From the NCBI GenBank assembly GCA_963785985.1, contig CAWAXD010000014.1, forward strand, positions 1,167,923 through 1,231,922: a DNA stretch of 64,000 bases, read 5' to 3'. Each line of letters opens with the position of its first letter. The first letter of the stretch is position 1. Positions 18,109 to 31,357 of this stretch are shown here, one piece after another. Source of the DNA: an uncultured delta proteobacterium. GTDB taxonomy: Bacteria; Myxococcota_A; UBA9160; SMWR01. The translations under genes were made by a program, and so were the position numbers. Under the pieces are notes generated by a model. The model saw only the letters and a program-made list of their open reading frames with translations, made no database searches and was not told where the DNA came from.

Positions 18109-19131
18109 ATGCGTCAGATCTGGATCCCGCGACCCGGTCCCCCCGAGGTGCTCGAGCTGCGCGAGGCGCCGGACCCGACGCCGGCGGCGGGTCAGGTGCG
18201 CATCCGCGTCGAAGCCGCGGGCGTGAACTTCGCCGACATCATGGGACGCATGGGGATGTACCCGGATCTCCCGCGCATGCCGGTCGTGGTGGGCTACGAG
18301 GTCGCAGGCCGGATCGACACCGTCGGCCCCGGCGTCACCGAAGACTGGATCGGCGCGGACGTCCTCGCGCTCACGCGCTTCGGCGGCTACAGCGACGTGA
18401 TCTGCGTGCCCGAGGCGCAGGTCTTCGTGCGCCCCGATGGCATGGACGCGGCGCAGGGCGCCGCCTTCCCCGTCAACTACCTCACCGCCTGGCAGCTGAT
18501 CCACGTGATGGGAAGCCTGCACGCGGGCGAGAGCATGCTCGTGCACTCGGCCGGCGGCGGCGTCGGCATCGCCGCGACGCAGATCGCCAAAAAACTCGGC
18601 GCGAAGGTGATCGGCACCGCTTCCGCCGGCAAGCACGACGCGCTGCGCAAGCTCGGCGTCGACCACTGCATCGACTACACGCGCGAGGATTTCGAGACGC
18701 GCGTGCGCGAGATCACGCGCGGCCGCGGCGTCGAGCTGATCCTCGACGCGGTGGGCGGCGATTCGTTCAAGAAGAGCTGGCGCGCGCTCGCGCCGACGGG
18801 GCGGCTCGGCATGTTCGGGCTCTCGGCGGCCGCCACGGGCAAGCAGCGCAGCTGGCTCGGCTTCGTGCGCGCGGCGCTCTCGATGCCGTGGCTCCAGTTC
18901 ACGCCGCTCGCGCTGATGAACGAGAACAAGTCGGCCTTCGGCGTGAACGTCGGCCACCTGTGGGGCGAGATCGATCGCATCTCGAACTGGATGGAGGAGC
19001 TGCTCCACCTCTACCGCGAAGGCAGCGTGAAGCCGGTGATCGCCGAGAGCTTCGCGTTCTCCGAAGCCCCGAAGGCCCACCACTACATCCAGGACCGCAA
19101 GAATTTCGGCAAGGTGCTGCTGGTCCCCTGA
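18109..19131 (+). CDS. zinc-type alcohol dehydrogenase / quinone oxidoreductase (MDR superfamily, VAT-1-like)
   Basis: VRIRVEAAGVNFADIMGRMGMYP, VVGYEVAGRI and the Rossmann motif VHSAGGGVGIAATQIAKKLGAKV. Confidence 0.85.
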   Translation: MRQIWIPRPGPPEVLELREAPDPTPAAGQVRIRVEAAGVNFADIMGRMGMYPDLPRMPVVVGYEVAGRIDTVGPGVTEDWIGADVLALTRFGGYSDVICVPEAQVFVRPDGMDAAQGAAFPVNYLTAWQLIHVMGSLHAGESMLVHSAGGGVGIAATQIAKKLGAKVIGTASAGKHDALRKLGVDHCIDYTREDFETRVREITRGRGVELILDAVGGDSFKKSWRALAPTGRLGMFGLSAAATGKQRSWLGFVRAALSMPWLQFTPLALMNENKSAFGVNVGHLWGEIDRISNWMEELLHLYREGSVKPVIAESFAFSEAPKAHHYIQDRKNFGKVLLVP

Positions 19132-19138
19132 GCGAACC

Positions 19139-20073
19139 TCAGCGCGGCCTGCGCCGGATCACCACGGCGCGGTTCACGAGCTCGCGCGGCAGCGGCACGT
19201 CGGCGGCGACGAGCTCGATGCGCGGGCCGATCCCCTGCACCACGCGCAGACCCTCGAGCGTGTCGACGTAGCCCTTGATGCGCAGCGCGCCGAGCACGCG
19301 CAGCCGCGCGCGCAGATCCGCGGACGCGAGCCCGGGCTCGAGCGCGATCTCCTCGGCAACGAACGCAGCGTGCGTGTGCGCCGGCGGCTCCGCCGCCTGC
19401 GTCCGGCGCGTCGCCCGCAGCCCGCTCGGATCCGGGGGAAACAGGAGATCCGGATCGATGCGCGCGTCGACGGCGCGCACGATCGGCGCCTCGGGCTCGA
19501 GCTCGCGCAGGCGCGCCTCGAGCTTCGGGATGTCGTTCGCGTCGACGCGATCGAGCTGGTTGAGCACGATCAGATCGGCGCTCGAAACCTGCTGCGCGAA
19601 GACGCTGCCGTCCGCGATCCCGGCGGCGGGAGAATCGGGGTCCTGTGCCGCCGGCGCGCCGGCGAGCCCCGCGGCGAGCCACTCGGCGTTCACCACGACG
19701 ACCGCGACGTCGTCGCCGACCCAACGCGACACCGGCTCGCGCCACAGGTGGAGCTGCGTCTCGTAGGGCAGCGCCACGCCCGAGGTCTCGACGATCACGC
19801 GCTGCGGGCGGGCGCGCTCGTGGAGCGCCTCGAGCGTCTCGACGAAGCGATCCGAAAGCCGGCAGCAGATGCAGCCGCCCGCGAGCTCGATCAGGTCGTC
19901 CTGCGCATTCGCAAGCAGCAGCGCGGTCGATCCCGAGCTCGCCGAGCTCGTTGCTGATCGACCGCGACGCGCAGGCCGCGGCGGCGCGCGTCGGCAAGCA
20001 GATGGCGCACGAGCGTCGTCTTGCCGGCGCCGAGGAAGCCCGAAACGAGCACGACCGGAACGCGCGGGCTCAC
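19139..20073 (-). pseudogene. CobW/HypB/UreG (COG0523) family GTPase, two frame breaks as assembled
   Basis: P-loop [22 protein letters not shown] (ORF 19891..20073), then NELGELGID in a second frame, then [25 protein letters not shown]...VIVETSGVALP in the frame of ORF 19139..19798. The breaks are at about 19959 and 19925. Confidence 0.75.
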
Positions 20074-20615
20074 GGTACGGGGCGCGGCCCCATCTGGAAG
20101 AACCAGGTGTCGTCCGAGCCGTCCGAGCTCGGCCGCATGCCGTACTTGCTCCCGAGCGCGGCGCGCAGCGTCTCGAGACGCGCCGCGTCCGTCACGCGCG
20201 TCGCCTGGCGCGCGTAGCGTTTGCCTTCGACGCGGACCACGACGCGCGGGTCGGCCAGCGCCTCCGTGGGCCAGGTCTTGTGGCTCGCGAAGCCTGCCGG
20301 CACGAACAGCTCACCCTGATCGACGAGCAGCCACACCGTGCGCGAGCGCGGGTGCTCGGCGCCCACCTCGATCTCGAAGTCCGGAAGCCCCGCGGCGAAG
20401 CTCCAGTCCGGCTCGGGTCCGCTCACGAGCTCGCCCGCCACCAGCGGACCGCCCGGGAAGGGGCCGATCGGACCGTCCGAGTGGCGCGCGACCAGCGCCG
20501 TGATTCCCGCCAGGCCCGCGAGACCGAGCAGCAGCCAACCGATGCCGCGCAGCAGATCGCCGCATGCTTCCTCCTCAGGCGTGCGGCGCGAGCGGCTCGG
20601 AGCGCAGCTCGGCAT
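20070..20615 (-). CDS. hypothetical N-terminally anchored protein
   Basis: TM helix [23 protein letters not shown] followed by a ~140-aa soluble domain. The in-frame ATG 20615 overlaps the upstream gene by 41 nt. A better-placed GGAGGA-ATG (ATG at 20565) is one base out of frame. Confidence 0.45.
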   Translation of the reverse strand: MPSCAPSRSRRTPEEEACGDLLRGIGWLLLGLAGLAGITALVARHSDGPIGPFPGGPLVAGELVSGPEPDWSFAAGLPDFEIEVGAEHPRSRTVWLLVDQGELFVPAGFASHKTWPTEALADPRVVVRVEGKRYARQATRVTDAARLETLRAALGSKYGMRPSSDGSDDTWFFQMGPRPVP

Positions 20616-21402
20616 ACACTCCAAAATGATCCGACGGCCAGACGCCGTCCTGCTCGTCGTTGCAGACCACGCGGCACCCGAGCAGCTGTCCGACGCCGTT
20701 GCGCTGCGGAAAGCCGGTGAAGATGTAGTCGATGCGGCGGTCGGGCTCGAGATTGGCGCGCGCATGGGGATTCTGGTTCGACCAGGTGATCCCGGAGCCG
20801 GTTCCCACCGTTCGCCAGGCGTCGAGGAACGCGACGCTGCGGCCGCCGAGCGACTGCAGGCCCGTGACGTAGCGGATCTCGGCCGCTTCGGGCTCGGCAT
20901 TGAAATCGCCCACCAGGAGCGCTGGAAAGCCCCCGCGCGGCCGGCGCCGCAGCACCAGATCGCAGACCGCCTGCACCTGCCGCTCACGCACCTCGCCGTG
21001 GCGGAACTTCCAGTTCAGGTGCGTGCAGGTGAACGAGAGCGGGCCGAGGGGAGCCGCGAGCGTCGCGCTCAGCGCGCAGCGTCGCTCGCCATCGCCCGCG
21101 TCGGGCAAGGCGATCGCCTCGCTGTCGAGAATCGGGAAGCGGCTCGCGATCGCATTCCCGAACTCGCCGTGGCTGAAGGGCGAGCCTTCGCGCCAGAAGG
21201 GCGTGGCCGGCGCGTACGCGAGGTGATAGCCGCGGTCGCCGAGCAGCTCCGCCACCTGATCCCGCTGCGGCACGCGCAAGGCTTCCTGGAAGCCGATCAG
21301 ATCGGGTGCGAGCCGATCGATCCACTCGCGCACGCGCTTCTTGCGCTCCGGCCAGGGGCCCGCGTCGTTCCACAGGTTCAACGTGAGCACCGAGAGCGGC
21401 AT
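20575..21402 (-). CDS. endonuclease/exonuclease/phosphatase (EEP) family protein
   Basis: [12 protein letters not shown]...LIGFQEA...LVGDFNAEP...[12 protein letters not shown] are EEP motifs. The start overlaps the upstream stop by one base (TGATG). Confidence 0.8.
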   Translation of the reverse strand: MPLSVLTLNLWNDAGPWPERKKRVREWIDRLAPDLIGFQEALRVPQRDQVAELLGDRGYHLAYAPATPFWREGSPFSHGEFGNAIASRFPILDSEAIALPDAGDGERRCALSATLAAPLGPLSFTCTHLNWKFRHGEVRERQVQAVCDLVLRRRPRGGFPALLVGDFNAEPEAAEIRYVTGLQSLGGRSVAFLDAWRTVGTGSGITWSNQNPHARANLEPDRRIDYIFTGFPQRNGVGQLLGCRVVCNDEQDGVWPSDHFGVYAELRSEPLAPHA

Positions 21403-22382
21403 CAATCCCAGTTCGGCTTCATCGCATCCGGGTAGCGGCCGCCTTGCGCCGCGCCCACCGGGAGCGCAGCGTCGAGCGAGGCGATTTCGGCGGCGTCCAG
21501 CGAAACCCCGGCCGCTGCCGCGTTCTCTTCGAGGCGCGCCCGGCTCTTGGTTCCGGGGATCGGCACGATGTCGTCGCCGCGGTGCAGCAGCCACGCCAGC
21601 GAGAGCTGCGCCGGCGTGCAGCGCTTGCGCGCGGCGAGCGCGGCGGCGCGTTCGACGAGCGCGAGGTTGCGCTCGAGCGCGCCCTCGGCGAAGCGCGGCG
21701 AGAAGAGCCGGTAATCGTCGGCCGTGAAGTCGGCGCGCGAGCGCCAGCGGCCCGTGAGCAGGCCGCGCCCGAGCGGGCTGTAGGCGAGAAAGCCCACGCC
21801 GAGCTCGCGGCAGGTCGGCAGCACCTCGGCCTCGACGTCGCGCGCGAGCAGCGAGTACTCGGTCTGGAGCGACGCGATCGGATGCACGGCGCAGGCGCGG
21901 CGCAGCGTGCGCGGGCCGGCTTCGGAGAGCCCGATCGCGCGCGTCTTGCCCGCTTTCACGAGATCGGCGAGCGCGCCCACGCTCTCCTCGATCGGCACGC
22001 TCGGATCGACGCGGTGGAGCTGGTAGAGATCGACGTGTGTGACACCAAGTCGTTTCAGGCTCGCCTCGCACGCCGCGCGGATGTACTCCGGCCGCCCGTT
22101 GACGCCGCGCACGCGGGCATTCCCGGGCTCGCGCACGATGCCGCACTTGGTCGCGAGCACCACCCGCTCGCGGCGGCCGCGGATCGCGCGGCCCACCAGC
22201 TCTTCGTTGGTGAACGGACCGTACATGTCGGCCGTGTCGAGCAGATCGATGCCGAGATCGAGCGCGCGATGGATCGCGGCGATCGATTCGGCTTCGTCGG
22301 TGGGGCCGTAGAACTCGCTCATGCCCATGCAGCCGAGACCGAGGGCCGAGACTTCGAGGGGACCGAGGCGCCTTCGCTGCAT
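21402..22382 (-). CDS. aldo/keto reductase
   Basis: [37 protein letters not shown] and [13 protein letters not shown]. Confidence 0.9.
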   Translation of the reverse strand: MQRRRLGPLEVSALGLGCMGMSEFYGPTDEAESIAAIHRALDLGIDLLDTADMYGPFTNEELVGRAIRGRRERVVLATKCGIVREPGNARVRGVNGRPEYIRAACEASLKRLGVTHVDLYQLHRVDPSVPIEESVGALADLVKAGKTRAIGLSEAGPRTLRRACAVHPIASLQTEYSLLARDVEAEVLPTCRELGVGFLAYSPLGRGLLTGRWRSRADFTADDYRLFSPRFAEGALERNLALVERAAALAARKRCTPAQLSLAWLLHRGDDIVPIPGTKSRARLEENAAAAGVSLDAAEIASLDAALPVGAAQGGRYPDAMKPNWD

Positions 22383-22397
22383 GGGCTTCTCCTGTCA

Positions 22398-23915
<1,518 letters not shown>

Positions 23916-24316
23916 GGCGTGGACCTCACGGTTTCGGGCGGATGCCCGATTATGCCCTGCCGCGGCCACGGCGTGAAGCCGAGAGCAGCGCCTGCCCTGC
24001 CCCGCCGAGCGCCTCGGCGCCCGCGGGATCGATCGGCGTAGAAGGACCAGACGCCAATCCTTGATTGGGTGAGAAGTCCCGCTTCCCGCAGCAGCCGCAG
24101 GTGATGGGAGATCGTCGGCTGCGCCAGGTCGAAGCGCTCGACGATGTCGCAGACGCAGGTCGCGCCGGGTTGGGCGGCGATCAGGCGCAGGATCTCGAGC
24201 CGGGTGGGATCCCCCAGCGCCTTGAAGAGCCGGGCCCAGCGTTCCTGCTCCCGGTTCGGGAGGGGGGCGACCCCCTGGAGCGGACAACAGCCTTCGGGTC
24301 GGGTGCGGGTGGTCAT

Positions 24317-24403
24317 GGATTACATATTGACAAACTTCGATTCGTTGTAAAGAATGTATCGAAGTTGATCGATACGTATCGCCACCCCCTGAAGGAGAAC
24401 GTC
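24317..24403. promoter_or_regulatory. AT-rich divergent promoter/operator region between the ArsR and ArsI/CadI genes
   Basis: This is the only strongly AT-rich stretch for kilobases. It contains the perfect 12-bp palindrome CGATACGTATCG (24370-24381), an imperfect dyad TACATATTGACAAACTTCGA/TTCGTTGTAAAGAATGTA, and the RBS GAAGGAGA before ATG 24404. Confidence 0.55.
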
Positions 24404-24850
24404 ATGCGCGTACAGCTCGCTCTCAACGTGAAGGACCTGGAGAAGGCCGTCGAGTTCTATTCGAAGGCGTTCGGCGCGGCGCCGAGCAAGCGCAAGCCCG
24501 GCTACGCCAACTTCGCGCTCGACCACCCGCCGCTCAAGCTCGTGCTGCTCGAGAACCCGGACGCGAGCGAGCGGCTCAACCACCTCGGCGTCGAGGTCTT
24601 CCGCAACGAAGACGTCGACGCCGCGATCAATCGACTTGGCGCCGAGGGTCTGCCGCGCGAGGTCGAGATCGATGCGACCTGCTGCTACGCGAAGCAGAAC
24701 AAGGTCTGGTCGGTCGATCCCGACGGCGCGCGCTGGGAGTGGTACCGCGTGCTCGCGAACAGCGAGACGTTCGGCGCCGCGCCTGCCCCCGTGGTTGCAG
24801 CGCCCGCGCCGGCTGCCACACTCGCCTGCGCATGCACCGCCGGCTCGTGA
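24404..24850 (+). CDS. ArsI/CadI family VOC (glyoxalase-fold) metalloenzyme
   Basis: MRVQLALNVKDLEKAVEFYSKAFGAAPSKRKPGYANFALDHPPLKLVLLENP...LNHLGVEV...TCCYAKQNKVWSVDPDGARWEWY. The vicinal Cys pair and overall pattern match ArsI/CadI proteins (recalled, not searched). Confidence 0.75.
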   Translation: MRVQLALNVKDLEKAVEFYSKAFGAAPSKRKPGYANFALDHPPLKLVLLENPDASERLNHLGVEVFRNEDVDAAINRLGAEGLPREVEIDATCCYAKQNKVWSVDPDGARWEWYRVLANSETFGAAPAPVVAAPAPAATLACACTAGS

Positions 24851-25401
24851 TCGATCTGCTCGCACGCCACGTCGCACGACGCCCCGACGACGCCGAAATC
24901 GTCGGGCGCGTCGGCGGCTTCGTGCTGGCGCATGCGGATTGCTTCGAGCGCAGTTGCCTCGAGGGTCACATCACGGCGTCGGCGTGGATCCTCTCGCCCG
25001 ATCACCGTCAGGTGCTGCTCACCCACCACCGCAAGCTCGATCGCTGGCTCCAGCTCGGAGGCCATGCCGATGGCGAGGGCGACCCGCGACAGGTCGCGTT
25101 GCGCGAGGCGCGCGAGGAATCGGGGCTCGAGCGCTTTCGCTTCCTTCCCGATGCTGCCGATCCGCTGCCGCTCGATCTCGACATCCACCCGATTCCGGCG
25201 CACGGGAGCGATCCCGCGCACCTGCACCTCGACGTGCGCTTCCTGCTGGTCGCCGAGCCGGGCCAGGCGCTGCGCAAGAGCGACGAGTCGAACGAGCTGC
25301 AGTGGTTCGAGCGCGCTCGGCTAGCGGAGTGGATCGACGAAGAAAGCCTGCTGCGCCTCGAGCGGCGTGCGCGCGAGGTCGCGCCGCTGCCAGGGCTCTA
25401 G
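24832..25401 (+). CDS. NUDIX hydrolase
   Basis: Nudix box GGHADGEGDPRQVALREAREESGL. The start is internal to ORF 24739..25401 and overlaps the upstream gene by 19 nt. Confidence 0.8.
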   Translation: MHRRLVIDLLARHVARRPDDAEIVGRVGGFVLAHADCFERSCLEGHITASAWILSPDHRQVLLTHHRKLDRWLQLGGHADGEGDPRQVALREAREESGLERFRFLPDAADPLPLDLDIHPIPAHGSDPAHLHLDVRFLLVAEPGQALRKSDESNELQWFERARLAEWIDEESLLRLERRAREVAPLPGL

Positions 25402-25413
25402 AGCGCCGGCGAT

Positions 25414-26403
25414 CTAGAGCGCGAGCGCCGCGATCTCGCGCAGCGAGTCCTCGATCTCTTCGCGCGCGAGCCCCGGAATCTGCACGCGCGCGATCAGGTG
25501 CGTGACGCCGAGCTTCTCGCGATAGCGGCGGATGCCCTCGGCCACCTCGTCGGGCTCCCCGACGATCGCCCAATCTGCGACGGCGGCGGCCGCCGCGCGC
25601 CGCAGGCTCGAGGCCGGCGCCTTCGCGAGCGCGGCGGCCTGCTGCGCGAGCCCCGTCCGCGCCCGCGCGACGCGCGCCGCGTCGCGCGAGACGAAGAGGG
25701 TGCGCATCACGGGCACCGCCACGCTCGCGCCGGCAAGCGCCTCGCGATGCCGCGCATAGTTCGCCTCGAGCGCCGCGAGCGACTCGATCGGCGAAGCGAG
25801 ATACGGAAGCGCGAGCCGTCCCGCCTGCTCGACGGCCTTGGGCCCGAAGGCCGCCACCCACAAGGGAGGATGCGGCTGCTGCACGGGCAGCGGGGCGACA
25901 TGCACGGGTGTCGGCGGCGCGGCCTCGCCCACGCCCGCCTCCCACGCGACCGCCTCCCCCGCCCAGGCACGCCGCATCACCTGGAGCGCCGCCTCGAAGC
26001 GATCGCGCTTCTCCTCGGGCGGCACCTCGAAGGCCGTGAAGAGCGCGCCGCGAAAGCCGCGCCCCATGCCGAGGATCACGCGGCCCTGCGAGAGCCGATC
26101 GAGCACGGCCACCTCTTCGGCGACGTGGATCGGATTGCGGATCGGGAGCAGGAAGGAGGTCGTACCGAGCTTCAAGCGCTGCGTGCGCCCAGCAGCGGCC
26201 GCGAGCAGGAGCAGCGGCGACGGGATCGAAGCGGCGCCTGCGAAATGGCTCTCGGGCAGGAACAGCGAATCGAAGCCGAGCGACTCGGCGAGCGCCGCCT
26301 GCTCGGGCAGCGCGTGGGCGAGGCCGTCGCCGTCGAAGACCCAGGGCGTGACACCCAGGTGTAGCTCGCGTCGTGCGTGCGTGGGCTCGGGATCGCTGCT
26401 CAC
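25414..26403 (-). CDS. LLM-class (luciferase-like) flavin-dependent oxidoreductase
   Basis: GFDSLFLPESHF, LKLGTTSFLLPIRNPIHVAEEVAVLDRLSQGRVILGMGRG. GTG 26403 is preferred (VSSDPEPTH...), 8 nt after the corrected stop of the upstream gene. Confidence 0.8.
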   Translation of the reverse strand: MSSDPEPTHARRELHLGVTPWVFDGDGLAHALPEQAALAESLGFDSLFLPESHFAGAASIPSPLLLLAAAAGRTQRLKLGTTSFLLPIRNPIHVAEEVAVLDRLSQGRVILGMGRGFRGALFTAFEVPPEEKRDRFEAALQVMRRAWAGEAVAWEAGVGEAAPPTPVHVAPLPVQQPHPPLWVAAFGPKAVEQAGRLALPYLASPIESLAALEANYARHREALAGASVAVPVMRTLFVSRDAARVARARTGLAQQAAALAKAPASSLRRAAAAAVADWAIVGEPDEVAEGIRRYREKLGVTHLIARVQIPGLAREEIEDSLREIAALAL

Positions 26404-26410
26404 CGCGCGA

Positions 26411-28954
26411 TCATATCGCGGCACCCGCGCACCGGCGCTCGCGCGCCGCGAGAACGGCGAGGCCAAGCGCGACGAGCAGACAGCGTCGAGGGCTCTGGCA
26501 CGGGGGTGAGACCCACGAGCAGGTCGACTCCGAAGCCGGCGCCCGGCTCCGATCCCGTCCAGTCGAGGATCAACTCGAGCGGAGAGCCGAAGCCGAACAA
26601 GGGGCTTTCCCCGATCGTGAAGTTTCCGAGGTCGAGCACCCGATCGTCGAACCAGGCGAGCGCGGCGTCGAGATCTTCGAACGTCACGTCGACGAGCGTC
26701 TCGTTTCGCAGGTTCGCTCGAAAGCGCAGCGTGTCGAAGCCCGAGCCGAGGAGCGCGGGATTCATGAATCCAACCATCACGTCCTGCGAGACGCTCACCT
26801 CGAGCACGTTGGCGGCGATCTCGAACCCTGCATGCTGCATTGCCAGAGCGCCATTCGTGTCCTGCAGGTTCGTGAAGCCCACCTGCCCCAGGCTGAGCAC
26901 GGTCTCGACCGCGCCGCCGCTGAAGGCGTCTGCGACCCGCGAGGTTCCCCCGATCCTCTCGAGAACATCAGCCTGTCCAGGCCGCCCGGCCGCGATCGCG
27001 AATGTGTCGACCGCCCCGAGAACGGCTCGCTCGACGTGCACGTTCACGGCGGAGCGCGCCTCCACGGTCGCCTGCGTGTGAACGGTTGCGGTCGTCACGG
27101 CGCGCAGCTGAAGCAGCTCGAATCCGGCAGCCAGTGCGCTGGCTCCTGCCTCTCCGCTCGCTCCCGTCGCGATTGCGCGCGCGCTCGCCGCGCCGCTCGC
27201 ATTGCCGACCACCCCGAGAAATTCGCCGCCCACGCTTCCCATCCGAGCGGTCGCGTGCGATTGGACCTCGCCGAGACCGCGCGCACTCGAGATTGCGCTG
27301 GCGTCGCCGCCTCGCGCATTCGGCCCCGTCGGAGCGTTGAAATACGGCTCGAACGCGCCTCCGCGTCCGCCTGCGGCCTCCGCGGAAACGACTACGGCGG
27401 AGATTCCGGACCCGACGCCCGTCGCGGTCGAGTGGGCGGCACCGCCATCCCCGGGAGCGCCAGTGGTGCCGTTCCCGAATCCGCCGGCTCCAGCCTCCGC
27501 GCGATCCTCGACGGTGACGAGACTGTCCCCGAATGCGATGCCCTCGGAGACGCTCGCCGCATCGCCGCCGCGTCCGCCAATCGCGCCCGGCGACCCCTGT
27601 CCGATGCCCGCACCCTCGCCAGCCTGCGCGTTCTCGCAGGCGTAACACGACGGCGCAACGATCACCTCGTGGCCGTCCCCCATGGACGAGGCGAAGGCTC
27701 GTGCGTCCGCATGCGCGCCATTCTCGGGCGGATGGTCGACCTGGGAACGTCCGCTCTCGCCCAGCGCGAAGGTGCGCACCGTGACGCTGCCACCGGCGTT
27801 GCGCGCGGATGCGTAGCTCCTGGCTTCGTTTCCGCCGCTGGCGTTCGTGACGATCTCGAGTGCGGCGACGTTCTTGCTGACGTCGAGCGTGCTCGAGCCT
27901 TCGCCGTGAGTGCCCGCTCCGTATGCGCCCCCACGACCGCCGTAGGCGCCCTGCTGAGATACAAATTGCCGCTCGTGTCCCCATCGATCGCATCGACCAG
28001 AACCACCGAAGCGCCATCGCCGGAGGACTGGGAGGAATAGGGAACGCCATCACCTCCCGACCCGCCGCCTACCGACGCGATGACCGAAACGTCGCCGTCG
28101 ATCGAGGCGCCATACACTCTTCCAAGTCGGGCTTCGCCGCCGTTTCCACCATCCAGGTTTGGAGTCCCGTAGGCGCCGCCCCCTCGACCGCCCTGCGCTT
28201 GCGCGACGACCTCTACGGCTTCGCTCCCCGCATTGCGGCCAACGGCCGAGGAGCTTGCCGACCCCCCCGCACCGCCTAGCGCCCCTTCGCCTCCCAGCGC
28301 ATGGTCGAAGACCCGCACGCTGCTGTTGCCGAGCGCCTCGCCGACGGACTCACTCGCAGCGTTCCCGCCCGACGTGAGCACGCCGAAGAACGCCGGCCAT
28401 CCGCCGTAGGCGCCCGTGACCGCGTTGCCGAGTACGTCGGGTCCCCGACCCGAACGTCGCGGCCAGTCGCCCGACGTGCGCGCCGCGGCGTTCGCCGTCG
28501 CGTCGCCCCCATTGCCGCCCGTTACGCCGCTGCCACCGTCGCCGCCGCTGCCTCCGCGCGCGAGTGCGTAGGCGAGCGCCGAGAGCGACCCCTCCGCAGA
28601 CGCGGATGCGATGGCTCCGCCACCCGAGCCGCTGTGGTCGGCGGAGTCGGCGCCGCCCCCGTCGCCACCCCGGGCGTCGGCTTGCGCGCTCGCAGCGCCG
28701 ATCGCCGAAACGGTTGCCGTCGCATCCGCGAAGCCGCCGGCGCCAGGTGCGATGGCTGCGGTGCCGGCTCCGCCTTCGCCCCCGCGCGCGCGTGCAGAGT
28801 TGGACGCGTCAGCGCCGGCGGCGGTGGCTGTGGCAGGGCCACCCGCGGTGCCTACCGCACCGTTCGCGCCGATCACGTCGATCGTGAGCGCCGACGCGCG
28901 CGAAACCGCGAGGCATGGAGGAGCGATCAGCAGCAAGACGAGTAGCCAGCGCAA
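26411..28954 (-). pseudogene. secreted glycine-rich repeat protein with PEP-CTERM sorting signal, 2-3 frame breaks as assembled
   Basis: Signal peptide (M)RWLLVLLLIAPPCLAVSRASA from TTG 28954; ATG 28958 is out of frame. About 330 aa lie in the frame of ORF 27662..30013. Near 27950 the sequence continues in the frame of ORF 26400..27779. After VPEPSTL one extra base (near 26480) hides the tail LLVALGLAVLAARERR... with its stop at 26411. Confidence 0.6.
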
Positions 28955-29188
28955 GCATTGCCTCGCTTCCCCGTATCCGCTGCCTTCGGGGCTTAAAGAA
29001 AGTGGCTGCCGTTGCTGGCTTGTGGCAGATCGGTGTCGGGCGCGGCCGCCGCGGGAGGGCCCTAGCCAACGCGCCGTGATCGCCCTCCGGGCTGCGCCTC
29101 TGGAACATGTTCTAGTCCTTCCGACCGCCCCCCGGTCCCGGGGCCGCCCCCCGGCGGCCGCGGCGCGCCGTCGGAGCGCCGAGGCCCG

Positions 29189-30371
<1,183 letters not shown>

Positions 30372-30385
30372 CGCGTGAGGCCAGC

Positions 30386-31353
30386 ATGAGCACGAAGGAA
30401 GCTCTCGAGAAGCAGCTCGAGAGCGTACGTGGGAATCGAGCAGGGACCCGTCGAGATCGCGCAGGACCCCGTGAACGAGGCCGATGATCCGTCACTGGTG
30501 CGAGGCGATGGGAGACCGCAACCCCGCCTATCTCGATCCCGAGGCCGCGAAGCGCAGCGTGCACGGAGGCATCGTCGCGCCGCCCGTGATGCTGCAGGCC
30601 TGGATCCTCGGCGGCCTCGAGATGGCGGACACCTCCGCCGGCCCGAAGAACGAGCAGCAGGTGCTCCACAAGCTGCTCAGCGAGCATGGCTACACGTCGG
30701 TCGTCGCGACCAACACGGACCAGGAATACACGCGCTATCTGCGCCCCGGCGATCGCGTCACGGCGACGACCATGATCGAGTCGATCTCCGAGGAGAAGAC
30801 GACCGGTCTCGGCATCGGCTACTTCATCGAGACGCGCATCGACTTCACGGACCAGCACGACGCGCGCGTCGGCTCGATCTCCTTCCGCGTGCTCAAGTTC
30901 AAGCCCGCGCAGCAGGCGCAGCCGGTCGCGGCGGCCGCGGGCGGCGCCCCGGCGAAGCCGCGGCGCCTGCGCGCGCCGCGCGCGCACGACAACGGCTGGT
31001 GGTGGGAAGGCGTCGATCGCGGCGAGCTGCTGATCCAGAAGTGCAGCGAGTGCGGAACGCTGCGCCATCCGCCGCGCCCGATGTGCGGGAGCTGCCAATC
31101 CACGCAGTGGACCGGCATCGCCTCGAGGGGCGCGGAACGGTGTATAGCTACGTGGTGCTGCGCCACCCCCCGATCCCCGGCTACGACTATCCCGCTGCCG
31201 GTGGCGGTGATCGACCTCGAAGAAGGCACCCGCATCGTCTCGAACGTCGTCGGCTGCAAGCCGGAAGACGTCTACATCGGCATGAAGGTCCAGCTCTCGA
31301 TCGAGAACGTGGACGAAGAGCTGAAGCTGCCGCTGTTCCGGCCGGCGGCCTGA
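30386..31353 (+). pseudogene. MaoC-N hot-dog domain fused to a DUF35 Zn-ribbon/OB-fold domain (ChsH2-like), 4 frame breaks as assembled
   Basis: MSTKEALEKQLES / YVGIEQGPVEIAQDPVNEA / MIRHWCEAMGDRNPAYLDPE... lie in three successive frames (breaks near 30427 and 30483). The DUF35 part is DNGWWWEGVDRGELLIQKCSECGTLRHPPRPMCGSCQS, with a compensated -1/+1 pair (near 31126 and 31194) around GRGTVYSYVVLRHPPIPGYDYP. Confidence 0.7.
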
Positions 31354-31357
31354 CGCG

